From Nitrospinota bacterium (GTDB lineage Bacteria; Nitrospinota_A; UBA7883; JACRGQ01), in contig JAOUMJ010000012.1 in the NCBI GenBank assembly GCA_029881495.1, positions 36,904 through 68,903 on the forward strand: DNA of 32,000 nt. Direction: 5' to 3'. Numbering within the stretch: position 1 is the first letter of the stretch; every line of letters starts with the position of its first letter. The translations under genes and the position numbers were made by a program. The notes under the pieces are model-generated. The model was not told the DNA's origin, did no database searches, and saw nothing but the letters and a program-made list of their open reading frames with translations. This document shows positions 1 through 6,738 of this stretch, piece after piece.

Positions 1-46
1 TTCCTTTATCGGTTCTTTTTTCAACTTTCAATTCAACAATATCCAT
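1..46 (-). CDS. 50S ribosomal protein L25 / Ctc family, N-terminal 15 codons only (continues off the window)
   Basis: Reverse-strand ATG at 46..44 is preceded by GGGAGA. It translates to MDIVELKVEKRTDKG, which resembles L25/Ctc N-termini, and lies directly downstream of prs as in the widespread prs-ctc order. Very little sequence is visible. Confidence 0.5.
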   Translation of the reverse strand, partial: MDIVELKVEKRTDKG

Positions 47-72
47 TGTGATCTCCCTTAAATGATCAAATT

Positions 73-1023
73 TTAATATTCAAAAAGACTGCTTACCGAT
101 TTTGCCAGGTGGATTCTTTTTATCGCCTCGGCAAAAACTTCCGATATATCCAGCACTTTTAGTTTTTTACATTTCTCAACATGGGCTTCCTGCCCGATAG
201 TGTTGGTCGTTATCAGTTCCGTTATCGGCGATCCGTTGATCCTCTCAATCGCCTTCCCCGAAAGCACAGCGTGCGAACAGCATGCCCTTACGGACGCCGC
301 TCCGGCATCCAGAAGAGCGTTCACCCCTTCGGTGAGGGTTCCGGCGGTATCCACCATATCGTCCACGATTATCGCATCCATCCCTTTAACATTTCCTATT
401 ATATTCATCGCCTTCGCCACATTCTTCCCTTCACGGCGTTTGTCGATGATACCGAGCCCGCAATCAAGCTTTTTGGCAAAAGCCCTCGCGCGTTCGACGC
501 CTCCGGCGTCCGGCGAAAACACGACCCTCTCATTCTTGAAATCGATGCTGTTTATATATTCTATAAGAACCGGGGAACCGTACAGATGGTCAACCGGCTT
601 ATCAAAGAATCCCTGTATCTGCCCGGCATGGAGATCCATGAACAGGGCGCGATCCATACCCGCCTGGCATATGATGTCGGCAACGAGGCGCGCGCTTATC
701 GGCGTTCGGCTCTGAACCTTTCGATCCTGCCTGGCGTATCCGAAATAGGGCATAACCGCGGTTATCCTCCTCCCGGAGGCCCGCTTCACTGCATCTATCA
801 GGAGGAGAAGCTCCATCAGGTTGTCGTTAACGGGTGTATTTGTCGACTGGATTATGAACACATCCCCGCCGCGTATATTTTCTTTTATCTGACAAAAAAT
901 CTCGCCATCCGAGAAATTGGAGATCTCACATTCAATGAGCGGCACACCAATTCCAGCGGCAATTCCTTCTGCCAACTTGATATTGGACCTGCCGGCTATT
1001 AGTTTTGGCCCGTCGACATTCAT
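73..1023 (-). CDS. prs: ribose-phosphate pyrophosphokinase (PRPP synthetase)
   Basis: ORF 73..1134 trimmed to the ATG at 1023, because the upstream 37 codons are the translated tRNA gene. Motifs DLHAGQIQGFF, VVFSPDAGGVERA and IIVDDMVDTAGT are typical of Prs. Confidence 0.95.
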   Translation of the reverse strand: MNVDGPKLIAGRSNIKLAEGIAAGIGVPLIECEISNFSDGEIFCQIKENIRGGDVFIIQSTNTPVNDNLMELLLLIDAVKRASGRRITAVMPYFGYARQDRKVQSRTPISARLVADIICQAGMDRALFMDLHAGQIQGFFDKPVDHLYGSPVLIEYINSIDFKNERVVFSPDAGGVERARAFAKKLDCGLGIIDKRREGKNVAKAMNIIGNVKGMDAIIVDDMVDTAGTLTEGVNALLDAGAASVRACCSHAVLSGKAIERINGSPITELITTNTIGQEAHVEKCKKLKVLDISEVFAEAIKRIHLAKSVSSLFEY

Positions 1024-1058
1024 AAAATCTGGTATCCCGCTATAAAAAACATCAATTT

Positions 1059-1133
1059 TGGCTGGGGTGGTAGGATTCGAACCTACGAATGCAGGTACCA
1101 AAAACCTGTGTCTTACCGCTTGACGACACCCCA
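1059..1133 (-). tRNA. tRNA-Gln (anticodon UUG), CCA encoded
   Basis: Reverse strand reads TGGGGTGTCGTCAAGCGGTAAGACACAGGTTTTTGGTACCTGCATTCGTAGGTTCGAATCCTACCACCCCAGCCA. It has a 7-bp acceptor stem, GUC/GAC D stem, CAGGT/ACCTG anticodon stem with loop TTTTGGT (UUG), and a GTTCGAATC T-loop. It closely resembles E. coli tRNA-Gln. Confidence 0.9.
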
Positions 1134-1177
1134 AGAGCTAACAATCGCCCTTAATAATAACGCTATAAAAGCCTTAA

Positions 1178-1239
1178 ATAATAACAGACTTGCAAACAGT
1201 GTCAAATTAAATTGACAAAACCCGGTTCAGGCGTAATTT
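1178..1239. promoter_or_regulatory. candidate divergent sigma70-type promoters with back-to-back -35 boxes
   Basis: The imperfect palindrome tGTCAAattaaaTTGACa (1200..1217) gives two divergent -35 boxes. Minus strand: TTGACA(1205..1200)-N16-TATTAT(1183..1178), upstream of tRNA-Gln/prs. Plus strand: TTGACA(1212..1217)-N16-TAATTT(1234..1239), upstream of the HEAT gene. This is a pattern match only. Confidence 0.3.
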
Positions 1240-1328
1240 TGCGGTTTGGACAATAGACAAAAATCTGCTAAATTATTGTTTTAAGAACACTTATTATATT
1301 TATCCTGTATGCCGAAGAGAATGAGAGA

Positions 1329-2303
1329 ATGGAAATTCATGACCGGATCATAAAAAGCTGCAAGAACGAGGACCCAAACGTTCGCAGGGCCTCGGCAGTA
1401 GCCCTTGGAAATATGGGAATTACACAGGCAAAAGGACCTTTGGCCGCTCTTTTAAAGGATAAATTCCCGGTGGTCAAGGAAGCCGCCATCTACGCTCTTT
1501 CGAAGCTGAACGCAGTGGAGGTAGTGGAACATCTCACAGCGATTCTCAACCCGGAAGACGGCGATGTCAGAAAAGCCATCCTGCAGACCGTCTCCTCCAA
1601 GACCCCTCCACAGGACCAGAAAAGCGAAGAAGAGGCCGCGATGGGGCTTACACCTGAAAAACTACTTGAACAATGGAAGGTGAAGAGGGCCGCGGCGCTT
1701 GCTCTTTGCAAGCTCAACCCGGATATTGCCGTTTCGCCGTTGATTGCGGCCCTTGCCCACGAAAATATCAACGTGAAAATAGCCTCAATAACCGGGCTTG
1801 GAAACATGGAATCGCAGGTCGCGGGGCCGAAACTTCTCGAACTGATAAAGAGCGAAGCGTGGGAGGTGCGCAAGGCAGTGGCAACGGCGCTTGGCAAGAT
1901 CAAATACGAACCGGCCATTGATTCGATCGTTGAACTGCTTAAAGATTCGCGCTTCGCGGTAAGAATTGAAGCAATAATCGCGCTTAACCACTTTAAAACG
2001 CTCGATATCCTGGGACCCCTCTCAAACGTAATTAGCGAAGACGACAACGTGGACGTAAAACGGACCGCGGTGATCGCGCTTGGCAACCTTCAGACGGAGT
2101 ACGCCATACCGTCGCTGACACAGGCATGTTCAGATCCCGCGTGGCAGGTAAGGAAGGCGGCTGTCACCGCGCTGGCTTCGCTAAAGTTCCCGCAAGTCCT
2201 TGATCCGCTGGTCGTCGCGCTAACCGATGAAAACGAGGAAGTGAGCCATGTGGCGGCTCTCGCCTACCCGAAGGTCGCCGCCGCCCTGGAATCCTCAATG
2301 TAA
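1329..2303 (+). CDS. HEAT / PBS-lyase-type repeat protein
   Basis: 324-aa ORF with reiterated units of the form xxVRxxAxxALGxx: DPNVRRASAVALGNMG, WEVRKAVATALGKI, FAVRIEAIIALNHF, VDVKRTAVIALGNL, AWQVRKAAVTALASL. Confidence 0.8.
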   Translation: MEIHDRIIKSCKNEDPNVRRASAVALGNMGITQAKGPLAALLKDKFPVVKEAAIYALSKLNAVEVVEHLTAILNPEDGDVRKAILQTVSSKTPPQDQKSEEEAAMGLTPEKLLEQWKVKRAAALALCKLNPDIAVSPLIAALAHENINVKIASITGLGNMESQVAGPKLLELIKSEAWEVRKAVATALGKIKYEPAIDSIVELLKDSRFAVRIEAIIALNHFKTLDILGPLSNVISEDDNVDVKRTAVIALGNLQTEYAIPSLTQACSDPAWQVRKAAVTALASLKFPQVLDPLVVALTDENEEVSHVAALAYPKVAAALESSM

Positions 2304-2400
2304 GATGAGACCATCTCCATTTTTAAACGGCGGAGTAAATATTAGAAAGTCCGGCTTTCTTCCGGACGGGAAAGACCCTGCCTGGCAGGGATAATATCCA

Positions 2401-3045
2401 ATGGCAAAGAAACATAAAACCGAACTTGACGTCGACCCCACTTCCATACCGGTCACAGAAGAAGAAAAAGTCGAGGAGGCCCCCAAACCCTCTCCTGTCA
2501 AATTTGAGGCCGGAGGAGGAGGAGGAGGAGAAGAAGAAGAAGAAGACGAGGTAAAACCGAAAAGAAAACTTACCAGAAAGGCGATCATCATTCTTGCTGT
2601 CGGCATCAGCGGATTTCTCTCCCTGATAGCAACGATCGTGGCGGGATATTTCTACTTTTCAAAGGAAGAGGAACCCGTTATACAGCAGATCGAGGAACCC
2701 GCAAAGCCCGAGCCTGTGCAGAAAACTCCAGTCACATTCGAAAAGATGATCAATCTCAGCCTTGAACCGTTCATAATCCCTATTGAAAAAAATGGGGAAA
2801 AACGTTTATGGCGCATAGCATTCTCCATACAGCTTAGCAACGAAGAGACTATCGACGAGATTGAGGAGAACTCCTCCATCATACGCGAAGCTATATTCCT
2901 GTTTCTCACGACGCATAACATAGAGGACTTCTCAGACCTGAAGAAAAGGCCACGCACCATCTACGATATGGAGATCCTTCTCGACAGGTCCCTGCAGTCA
3001 GGGAGAGTGAAAAGCATAACGATAACCGAATTCAATATCATGTAG
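2401..3045 (+). CDS. FliL-like single-pass membrane protein with acidic low-complexity N-terminus
   Basis: 214-aa ORF with a G6-E5 tract and one TM helix (AIIILAVGISGFLSLIATIVAGYFYF). The C-terminal region (LEPFIIPIEKNGEKRLWRIAFSIQLSNEETIDEIEENSSIIREAIFLFL...ITEFNIM) aligns by eye with the FliL fold pattern. Not verified by search. Confidence 0.5.
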   Translation: MAKKHKTELDVDPTSIPVTEEEKVEEAPKPSPVKFEAGGGGGGEEEEEDEVKPKRKLTRKAIIILAVGISGFLSLIATIVAGYFYFSKEEEPVIQQIEEPAKPEPVQKTPVTFEKMINLSLEPFIIPIEKNGEKRLWRIAFSIQLSNEETIDEIEENSSIIREAIFLFLTTHNIEDFSDLKKRPRTIYDMEILLDRSLQSGRVKSITITEFNIM

Positions 3046-3066
3046 TTTCGGGGAAGGCTCCGAAAC
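3045..3066. terminator. hairpin between convergent genes (possible bidirectional terminator)
   Basis: GTTTCGG-ggaaggct-CCGAAAC: a 7-bp stem overlapping the stop of the FliL-like gene and 4 nt from the argB stop. There is no clear T-run. Confidence 0.3.
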
Positions 3067-3069
3067 CGC

Positions 3070-4002
3070 TTATCTCACTATCTCCGTTCCGATACCCTTG
3101 TCGGTAAATATCTCAAGCAATACGGAGTGCTTCACCCTTCCGTCGATGATATGGGTTTTCTTTACGCCGGCATCAAGCGCCCTAAAACAGCTTTTCACCT
3201 TGGGCAGCATCCCCCCCTTGATAACCCCCTTTTCGATAAGCTCTTCCACTCGGCTTTCATTCAGATGGCTCAACAGCTCCTTGTCGGAGCCGAGTATCCC
3301 CCTTTCGTCCGTAAGAAGGACAAGCTTTTCCGCCTTCAGCGCGGCGGCTATCTCCCCCGCTACCGTATCGGCGTTGATATTGTAGGTCTCCCCTTTCGAG
3401 CCTACCCCTACCGGCGCTATGACCGGGATGAAATTGTCCTTGTCGATGGTCTCAAGTATCTCCTTGTTTATCTTCGTCACCTTGCCGACCATTCCGATGT
3501 CGATTATCTCCGGCCTGTCGACGTCCGCCGTCCGCTTTTCAATAAGCATCTTTTCGGCTTCTATCAGGCGGCCGTCCTTCCCGCTCAATCCGACGGCGCG
3601 CCCACCTTCGCTCGACAACAGCGAAACTATCTCCTTGTTCACCTTCCCGACGAGAACCATCTCAACCACGTCGATAGTCTCGCCGTCCGACACCCTGTGC
3701 CCGTCCACGAACCGCGTCGGTATCCCCATCTTTTCGAGGGTCTTCCCTATCTGCGGACCGCCGCCATGAACGACCACCGGATTTATTCCAACAAGTTTGA
3801 GAAGAGCCACGTCGCGGGCGAAGCCCTCTTTCAGCCCCTCTTCCACCATCGCGGATCCGCCGTACTTTATGACTACCGTCTTCCCGCTGTACTGCCGTAT
3901 ATATGGAAGCGCCTCTATAAGGACAGCCGCCTTCCCTATCAATTCATTCAGATTCAGTTCACTCATCAGCGCAGTATACACCGCAAACAGTTCGTCTTGC
4001 AT
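3070..4002 (-). CDS. argB: acetylglutamate kinase
   Basis: [39 protein letters not shown] and [15 protein letters not shown] are typical ArgB motifs. An alternative start is the ATG at 3966, preceded by TATACT-N6 (see the leaderless finding). Confidence 0.92.
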   Translation of the reverse strand: MQDELFAVYTALMSELNLNELIGKAAVLIEALPYIRQYSGKTVVIKYGGSAMVEEGLKEGFARDVALLKLVGINPVVVHGGGPQIGKTLEKMGIPTRFVDGHRVSDGETIDVVEMVLVGKVNKEIVSLLSSEGGRAVGLSGKDGRLIEAEKMLIEKRTADVDRPEIIDIGMVGKVTKINKEILETIDKDNFIPVIAPVGVGSKGETYNINADTVAGEIAAALKAEKLVLLTDERGILGSDKELLSHLNESRVEELIEKGVIKGGMLPKVKSCFRALDAGVKKTHIIDGRVKHSVLLEIFTDKGIGTEIVR

Positions 4003-4059
4003 CCGGAAGAGTGAACATCTCCCACTTCCCCATGCCTCTTCGCCAACATCTCGCGGGGG

Positions 4060-4992
4060 CTATCCTCCCCCCCTCCTCTTCCTTGCGTGCGGGTGGGCGC
4101 TGTCGTATACGTTCATGAGCCTCTCTATCCCTACATGCGTGTACTTCTCCGTGGTGCCAAGCGATGAGTGACCGAGCAGTTCCTGAATGGCGCGGAGATC
4201 GGCCCCTCCGTTCAGCATATGCGTCGCGAATGTGTGGCGTATCATGTGGGGGGTGAGGCGCTTTATTATACCCGCCCTGATGCCGTGCTTCACCACCACC
4301 TCGTAGGTCTGCCTCATCGAGAGCCTCTTTTTCAGTCTGGAGTAAAAGAGCGGGCCGCTATCCTTCCCGTTGCTTTTCATCAGCTCCCTTATCGCAACAG
4401 CCGCCTTTTTGCCGACCGGGATGATCCGCTCCTTGCTCCCCTTACCCATCACCCGGACAAGATTGCCGGTGAGGTCCACATCCTCGGCATTCAATCCCTG
4501 CAGTTCGGCGATGCGTAGCCCGCTCGAATAGAAGAGCTCAAGCATCGCGCGGTCGCGGAGCATCGTCGGCGATCCTTTGTCGGCGCTATCCATTAGCGCG
4601 AACGCTTCATCCACAGAGAGGAACTTCGGCATCTTCTTCGGTTTCTTCGGGAGCGGGACAGCCTCCGCGATGTTCTTCTCCACCATCCCTTCGCGCGCGA
4701 GATAGCGGAAGAAGGCGCGGAGAGCGGAGAGCTTTCTCTCTATGGACGACGGCGCGAGTTTTTTTCTATGAAGCTCCGCCACGAAAGAGCGTACCGCGAT
4801 AACCTCCATCTTCTCGAAATCTATCGCGCCGGAAGTCCCCTTTTTTTCAACCAGCGGACTTTTGAAAGCGAACTCGGCGAACTGCGCGAGATCCTTTCCG
4901 TACGCCTTGGAAGTTTTCGGGGAGAACCCTTTCTCTATGGAGATATGCGTCAGGAATTTTTCAATCTCTTTTGGAATTTTTACCTGTTCCAC
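4060..4992 (-). CDS. xerC: site-specific tyrosine recombinase, XerC/XerD family
   Basis: 310 aa with a GTG start. The C-terminal catalytic region HMIRHTFATHMLNGGADLRAIQELLGHSSLGTTEKYTHV, the RDRAMLELFYSSGLRIAEL box and the N-terminal SAM-like core-binding domain are present. XerC and XerD cannot be told apart by eye. Confidence 0.85.
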   Translation of the reverse strand: MEQVKIPKEIEKFLTHISIEKGFSPKTSKAYGKDLAQFAEFAFKSPLVEKKGTSGAIDFEKMEVIAVRSFVAELHRKKLAPSSIERKLSALRAFFRYLAREGMVEKNIAEAVPLPKKPKKMPKFLSVDEAFALMDSADKGSPTMLRDRAMLELFYSSGLRIAELQGLNAEDVDLTGNLVRVMGKGSKERIIPVGKKAAVAIRELMKSNGKDSGPLFYSRLKKRLSMRQTYEVVVKHGIRAGIIKRLTPHMIRHTFATHMLNGGADLRAIQELLGHSSLGTTEKYTHVGIERLMNVYDSAHPHARKRRGGG

Positions 4993-4998
4993 AGGAAC

Positions 4999-5027
4999 AG
5001 TTTAGGACCAGACCCGGCAACTATCAA
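4999..5027 (-). promoter_or_regulatory. candidate sigma70-type promoter of the recombinase gene
   Basis: Minus strand TTGATA(5027..5022)-N17-TAAACT(5004..4999), with only 6 nt (GTTCCT) before the GTG start at 4992. No Shine-Dalgarno sequence is present. Confidence 0.35.
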
Positions 5028-5054
5028 GAGTGATCGGTCTTCATGCTCATACCT

Positions 5055-5388
5055 GCCACCCCCGCGTATGCGGGGATCCAGATATCACTATCCCGCCGCT
5101 CTTGGTTCCCTTCTTGTCACCCCCGCGTATGCGGGGATCCAGATATCACTATCCCGTCGCTCTTGGTTCCCTTCTTGTCATCCCCACGGAAGCGGGGATC
5201 CAGATATCACTATCCCGTCGCTCTTGGTTCCCTTCTTGTCATCCCCGCGTATGCGGGGATCCAGATATCACTATCCCGTCGCTCTTGGTTCCCTTCTTGT
5301 CACCCCCGCGTATGCGGGGATCCAGATATCACTATCCCGTCGCTCTTGGTTCCCTTCTTGTCATCCCCGCGTATGCGGGGATCCAGAT
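5055..5388 (+). repeat. 61-bp-period tandem array: six 29-nt CRISPR-I-E-like palindromic repeats and five near-identical 32-nt intervening segments
   Basis: Units start at 5055, 5116, 5177, 5238, 5299 and 5360. The repeat is GTCA[T/C]CCCCGCGTATGCGGGGATCCAGAT; unit 1 starts GCCA and unit 3 has CCCCACGGAAGCGGGG. The intervening 32-mer ATCACTATCCCGTCGCTCTTGGTTCCCTTCTT is identical in 4 copies and has one T>C change in the first. No cas genes are in the window. Confidence 0.95.
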
Positions 5389-5453
5389 TTCTAGCATTGG
5401 CGGCGTACACACTGCGAAAATAATTCCGATGCTATCGGGAGAAGAGGAATTAA

Positions 5454-5485
5454 ATGTGCAATACGGTACAAAATTGTATAATTCT
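5454..5485 (+). promoter_or_regulatory. conserved 32-nt upstream motif with TATAAT (paralogue 1)
   Basis: ATGTGCAATACGGTACAAAATTGTATAATTCT matches 29/32 nt with the sequence upstream of the paralogue at 19385..19416. TATAAT lies at 5477..5482, 8 nt before the ATG at 5491, and there is no SD. Confidence 0.45.
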
Positions 5486-5490
5486 CAGCA

Positions 5491-6546
5491 ATGGCTGAAA
5501 TCGACACAGAAAAGCTGAACAGACAGTGGAAACCGGAGGAAGTTTCCAGGAGTGACCTTCGCCTATTCATTTTAGTAGTGATAGGTTTATCTGAAATCTT
5601 TTTATTATCAATTTTTATGGCGGCTACGTCGCCTTTGGAATTTATAGAAAAAAACCCTGCCTTCTCCGACATTTTCAAGAACATCCTGCCTCTTATCCTT
5701 GCCGCGCCGATAGCGCTCCCTATCTGGTACTGGCGGGATCAGAACAAGAAGGCCGATATACAGAACGCCAGAGAGGACCTTATCCAGAAGGATTTTCACG
5801 AAATACAGAAGTGGGCAGTTGGATTGGGTGGCGACAAAAATGAAACCTTGCAGATTGCCGCCATTCATCAACTGAAACCGTTTGCCGTCGGCATACATGG
5901 GGAGAGATTCCAGAGGCCAGCATATGAAATATATTTCTCCCTTCTCCAGTCATGGCCGGAGGAAGAGGTGAATGACGAGACAGTGGTTCCAAACCATATA
6001 CTGGCCATCCACACCGTCTTCCGCGAAGAGGGGAGCAAAATCACAAAAAAGATGAACAGAATAAACCTGGCAAAGGCAGATCTTTCAGGTGCGGATCTCA
6101 GCGGTGTCAACCTCGCAGAAGCCAATCTGCAATCGGCAGAACTATTCAGAGCCAACCTGCAATCGGCAAACCTTATGCTTGCCAACCTGCAATCGGTTAA
6201 TCTTGCTCATGCCAACCTGCAATCGGCAGACCTATCTGGAGCCAACCTGCAATCGGCAAACCTTCGCTATGCCAACCTGCAATCGGCATACCTTTTACTT
6301 ACCAACCTGCAATCGACAGACCTATCTGGAGCCAACCTGCAATCGGCAGAGCTTGAAGGAGCCGAATTCGAAGATAGAGAGATCATCAGGGGTGAAAACT
6401 GGAATAAGGCAGAGTACAGTAAAGGAAAATTGGAAAACCTGCAAAAACTCTACAAGGAATTAAAGGGAAAAGATGAGAAGAATTATTGGGACCCTGAAAG
6501 CGAGAATTACATCTTCCCTCCTCCCATCCACGACAGCAGGGACTGA
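5491..6546 (+). CDS. membrane-anchored pentapeptide-repeat protein (paralogue 1)
   Basis: 351 aa. It has two N-terminal hydrophobic helices (LRLFILVVIGLSEIFLLSIFMAA; ILPLILAAPIALPIWYW) and a conserved middle region (WRDQNKKADIQNA...LQIAAIHQLKPFA). About 20 A(D/N)LxxA-type pentapeptide units follow (ADLSGADLSGVNLAEANLQSA...), then a conserved tail (ENWNKAEY...YWDPE). Confidence 0.85.
   Translation: MAEIDTEKLNRQWKPEEVSRSDLRLFILVVIGLSEIFLLSIFMAATSPLEFIEKNPAFSDIFKNILPLILAAPIALPIWYWRDQNKKADIQNAREDLIQKDFHEIQKWAVGLGGDKNETLQIAAIHQLKPFAVGIHGERFQRPAYEIYFSLLQSWPEEEVNDETVVPNHILAIHTVFREEGSKITKKMNRINLAKADLSGADLSGVNLAEANLQSAELFRANLQSANLMLANLQSVNLAHANLQSADLSGANLQSANLRYANLQSAYLLLTNLQSTDLSGANLQSAELEGAEFEDREIIRGENWNKAEYSKGKLENLQKLYKELKGKDEKNYWDPESENYIFPPPIHDSRD
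6121..6360 (+). repeat. eight in-phase 30-bp tandem DNA repeats inside the pentapeptide-repeat coding region
   Basis: Each unit is an 18-nt core GCCAACCTGCAATCGGCA (exact in 5 of 8 units, 1-2 mismatches in the rest) plus a 12-nt variable part. Each unit encodes ANLQSAxLxx, i.e. two pentapeptides. Confidence 0.9.
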
Positions 6547-6603
6547 CGATCATCCCCACTCCATCCACAAACAGCCACCCTACCGCAAGCATGACAAACC
6601 GCG

Positions 6604-6630
6604 CTGGATCCCCGCCTCCGCGGGGATGAC
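6604..6630 (-). repeat. solitary inverted copy of the 29-nt palindromic repeat
   Basis: Plus strand CTGGATCCCCGCCTCCGCGGGGATGAC is the reverse complement of GTCATCCCCGCGGAGGCGGGGATCCAG. The stem and flanks match the array repeat, but the loop is GGAG instead of GTAT. Confidence 0.8.
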
Positions 6631-6738
6631 AAGAGGACTGGAAACAAATATTCATATAAATTTTATGACAAACCGTGCAGGAGTTCGCTCTCGCGATGTT
6701 GGGTATGACAAGGGGAAGGGGGTGACGCCAGAAGAAAG

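Noticed and set aside
1024-1134. N-terminal extension of the prs ORF (MGCRQAVRHRFLVPAFVGSNPTTPAK...).
   Set aside because: This segment is the tRNA-Gln gene read as protein; GSNPTTP is the translated T-arm. The conserved Prs sequence begins at the ATG at 1023.
3127-4014. 295-aa ORF antisense to nearly all of argB. Similar long antisense ORFs lie opposite prs (181..1002), tpiA (11964..12770), pyrG (15721..16320, 16350..16991, 16651..17259) and the GT-C genes (25399..26190).
   Set aside because: These are shadow ORFs opposite strongly conserved genes. Their composition is low-complexity and Arg/Pro/Ser-rich, they have no recognisable motifs, and they lack start signals.
4060-4992. The recombinase as an integron integrase, with the array as attC cassettes.
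   Set aside because: Its length (310 aa) and motifs fit XerC/XerD, and the extra IntI-specific insertion is not evident. The 61-bp units lack the RYYYAAC/GTTRRRY attC cores, and no ORF-less or ORF-containing cassettes follow.
5055-5388. Annotating the 61-bp array as a bona fide, adaptive CRISPR locus.
   Set aside because: All five 'spacers' are the same sequence (one SNP), and the repeats vary more than the spacers. There is no AT-rich leader and no cas gene within 32 kb. It is kept as a repeat with CRISPR-like geometry and discussed as a finding instead.
4768-5518. Three overlapping plus-strand ORFs (4768..5394, 5030..5518, 5043..5423) running through the array in all three frames.
   Set aside because: The 61-nt unit is pyrimidine-rich and free of stop codons, and 61 is not a multiple of 3, so each frame simply cycles through the same repeat. 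There is no start context and no protein-like composition.
6089-6463. ORFs with reiterated PTCNRQT units, and the equivalents at 5868..6185 and 18381..18674.
   Set aside because: They are alternative-frame or antisense readings of the 30-bp pentapeptide DNA repeat. Their periodicity is inherited from the real gene.
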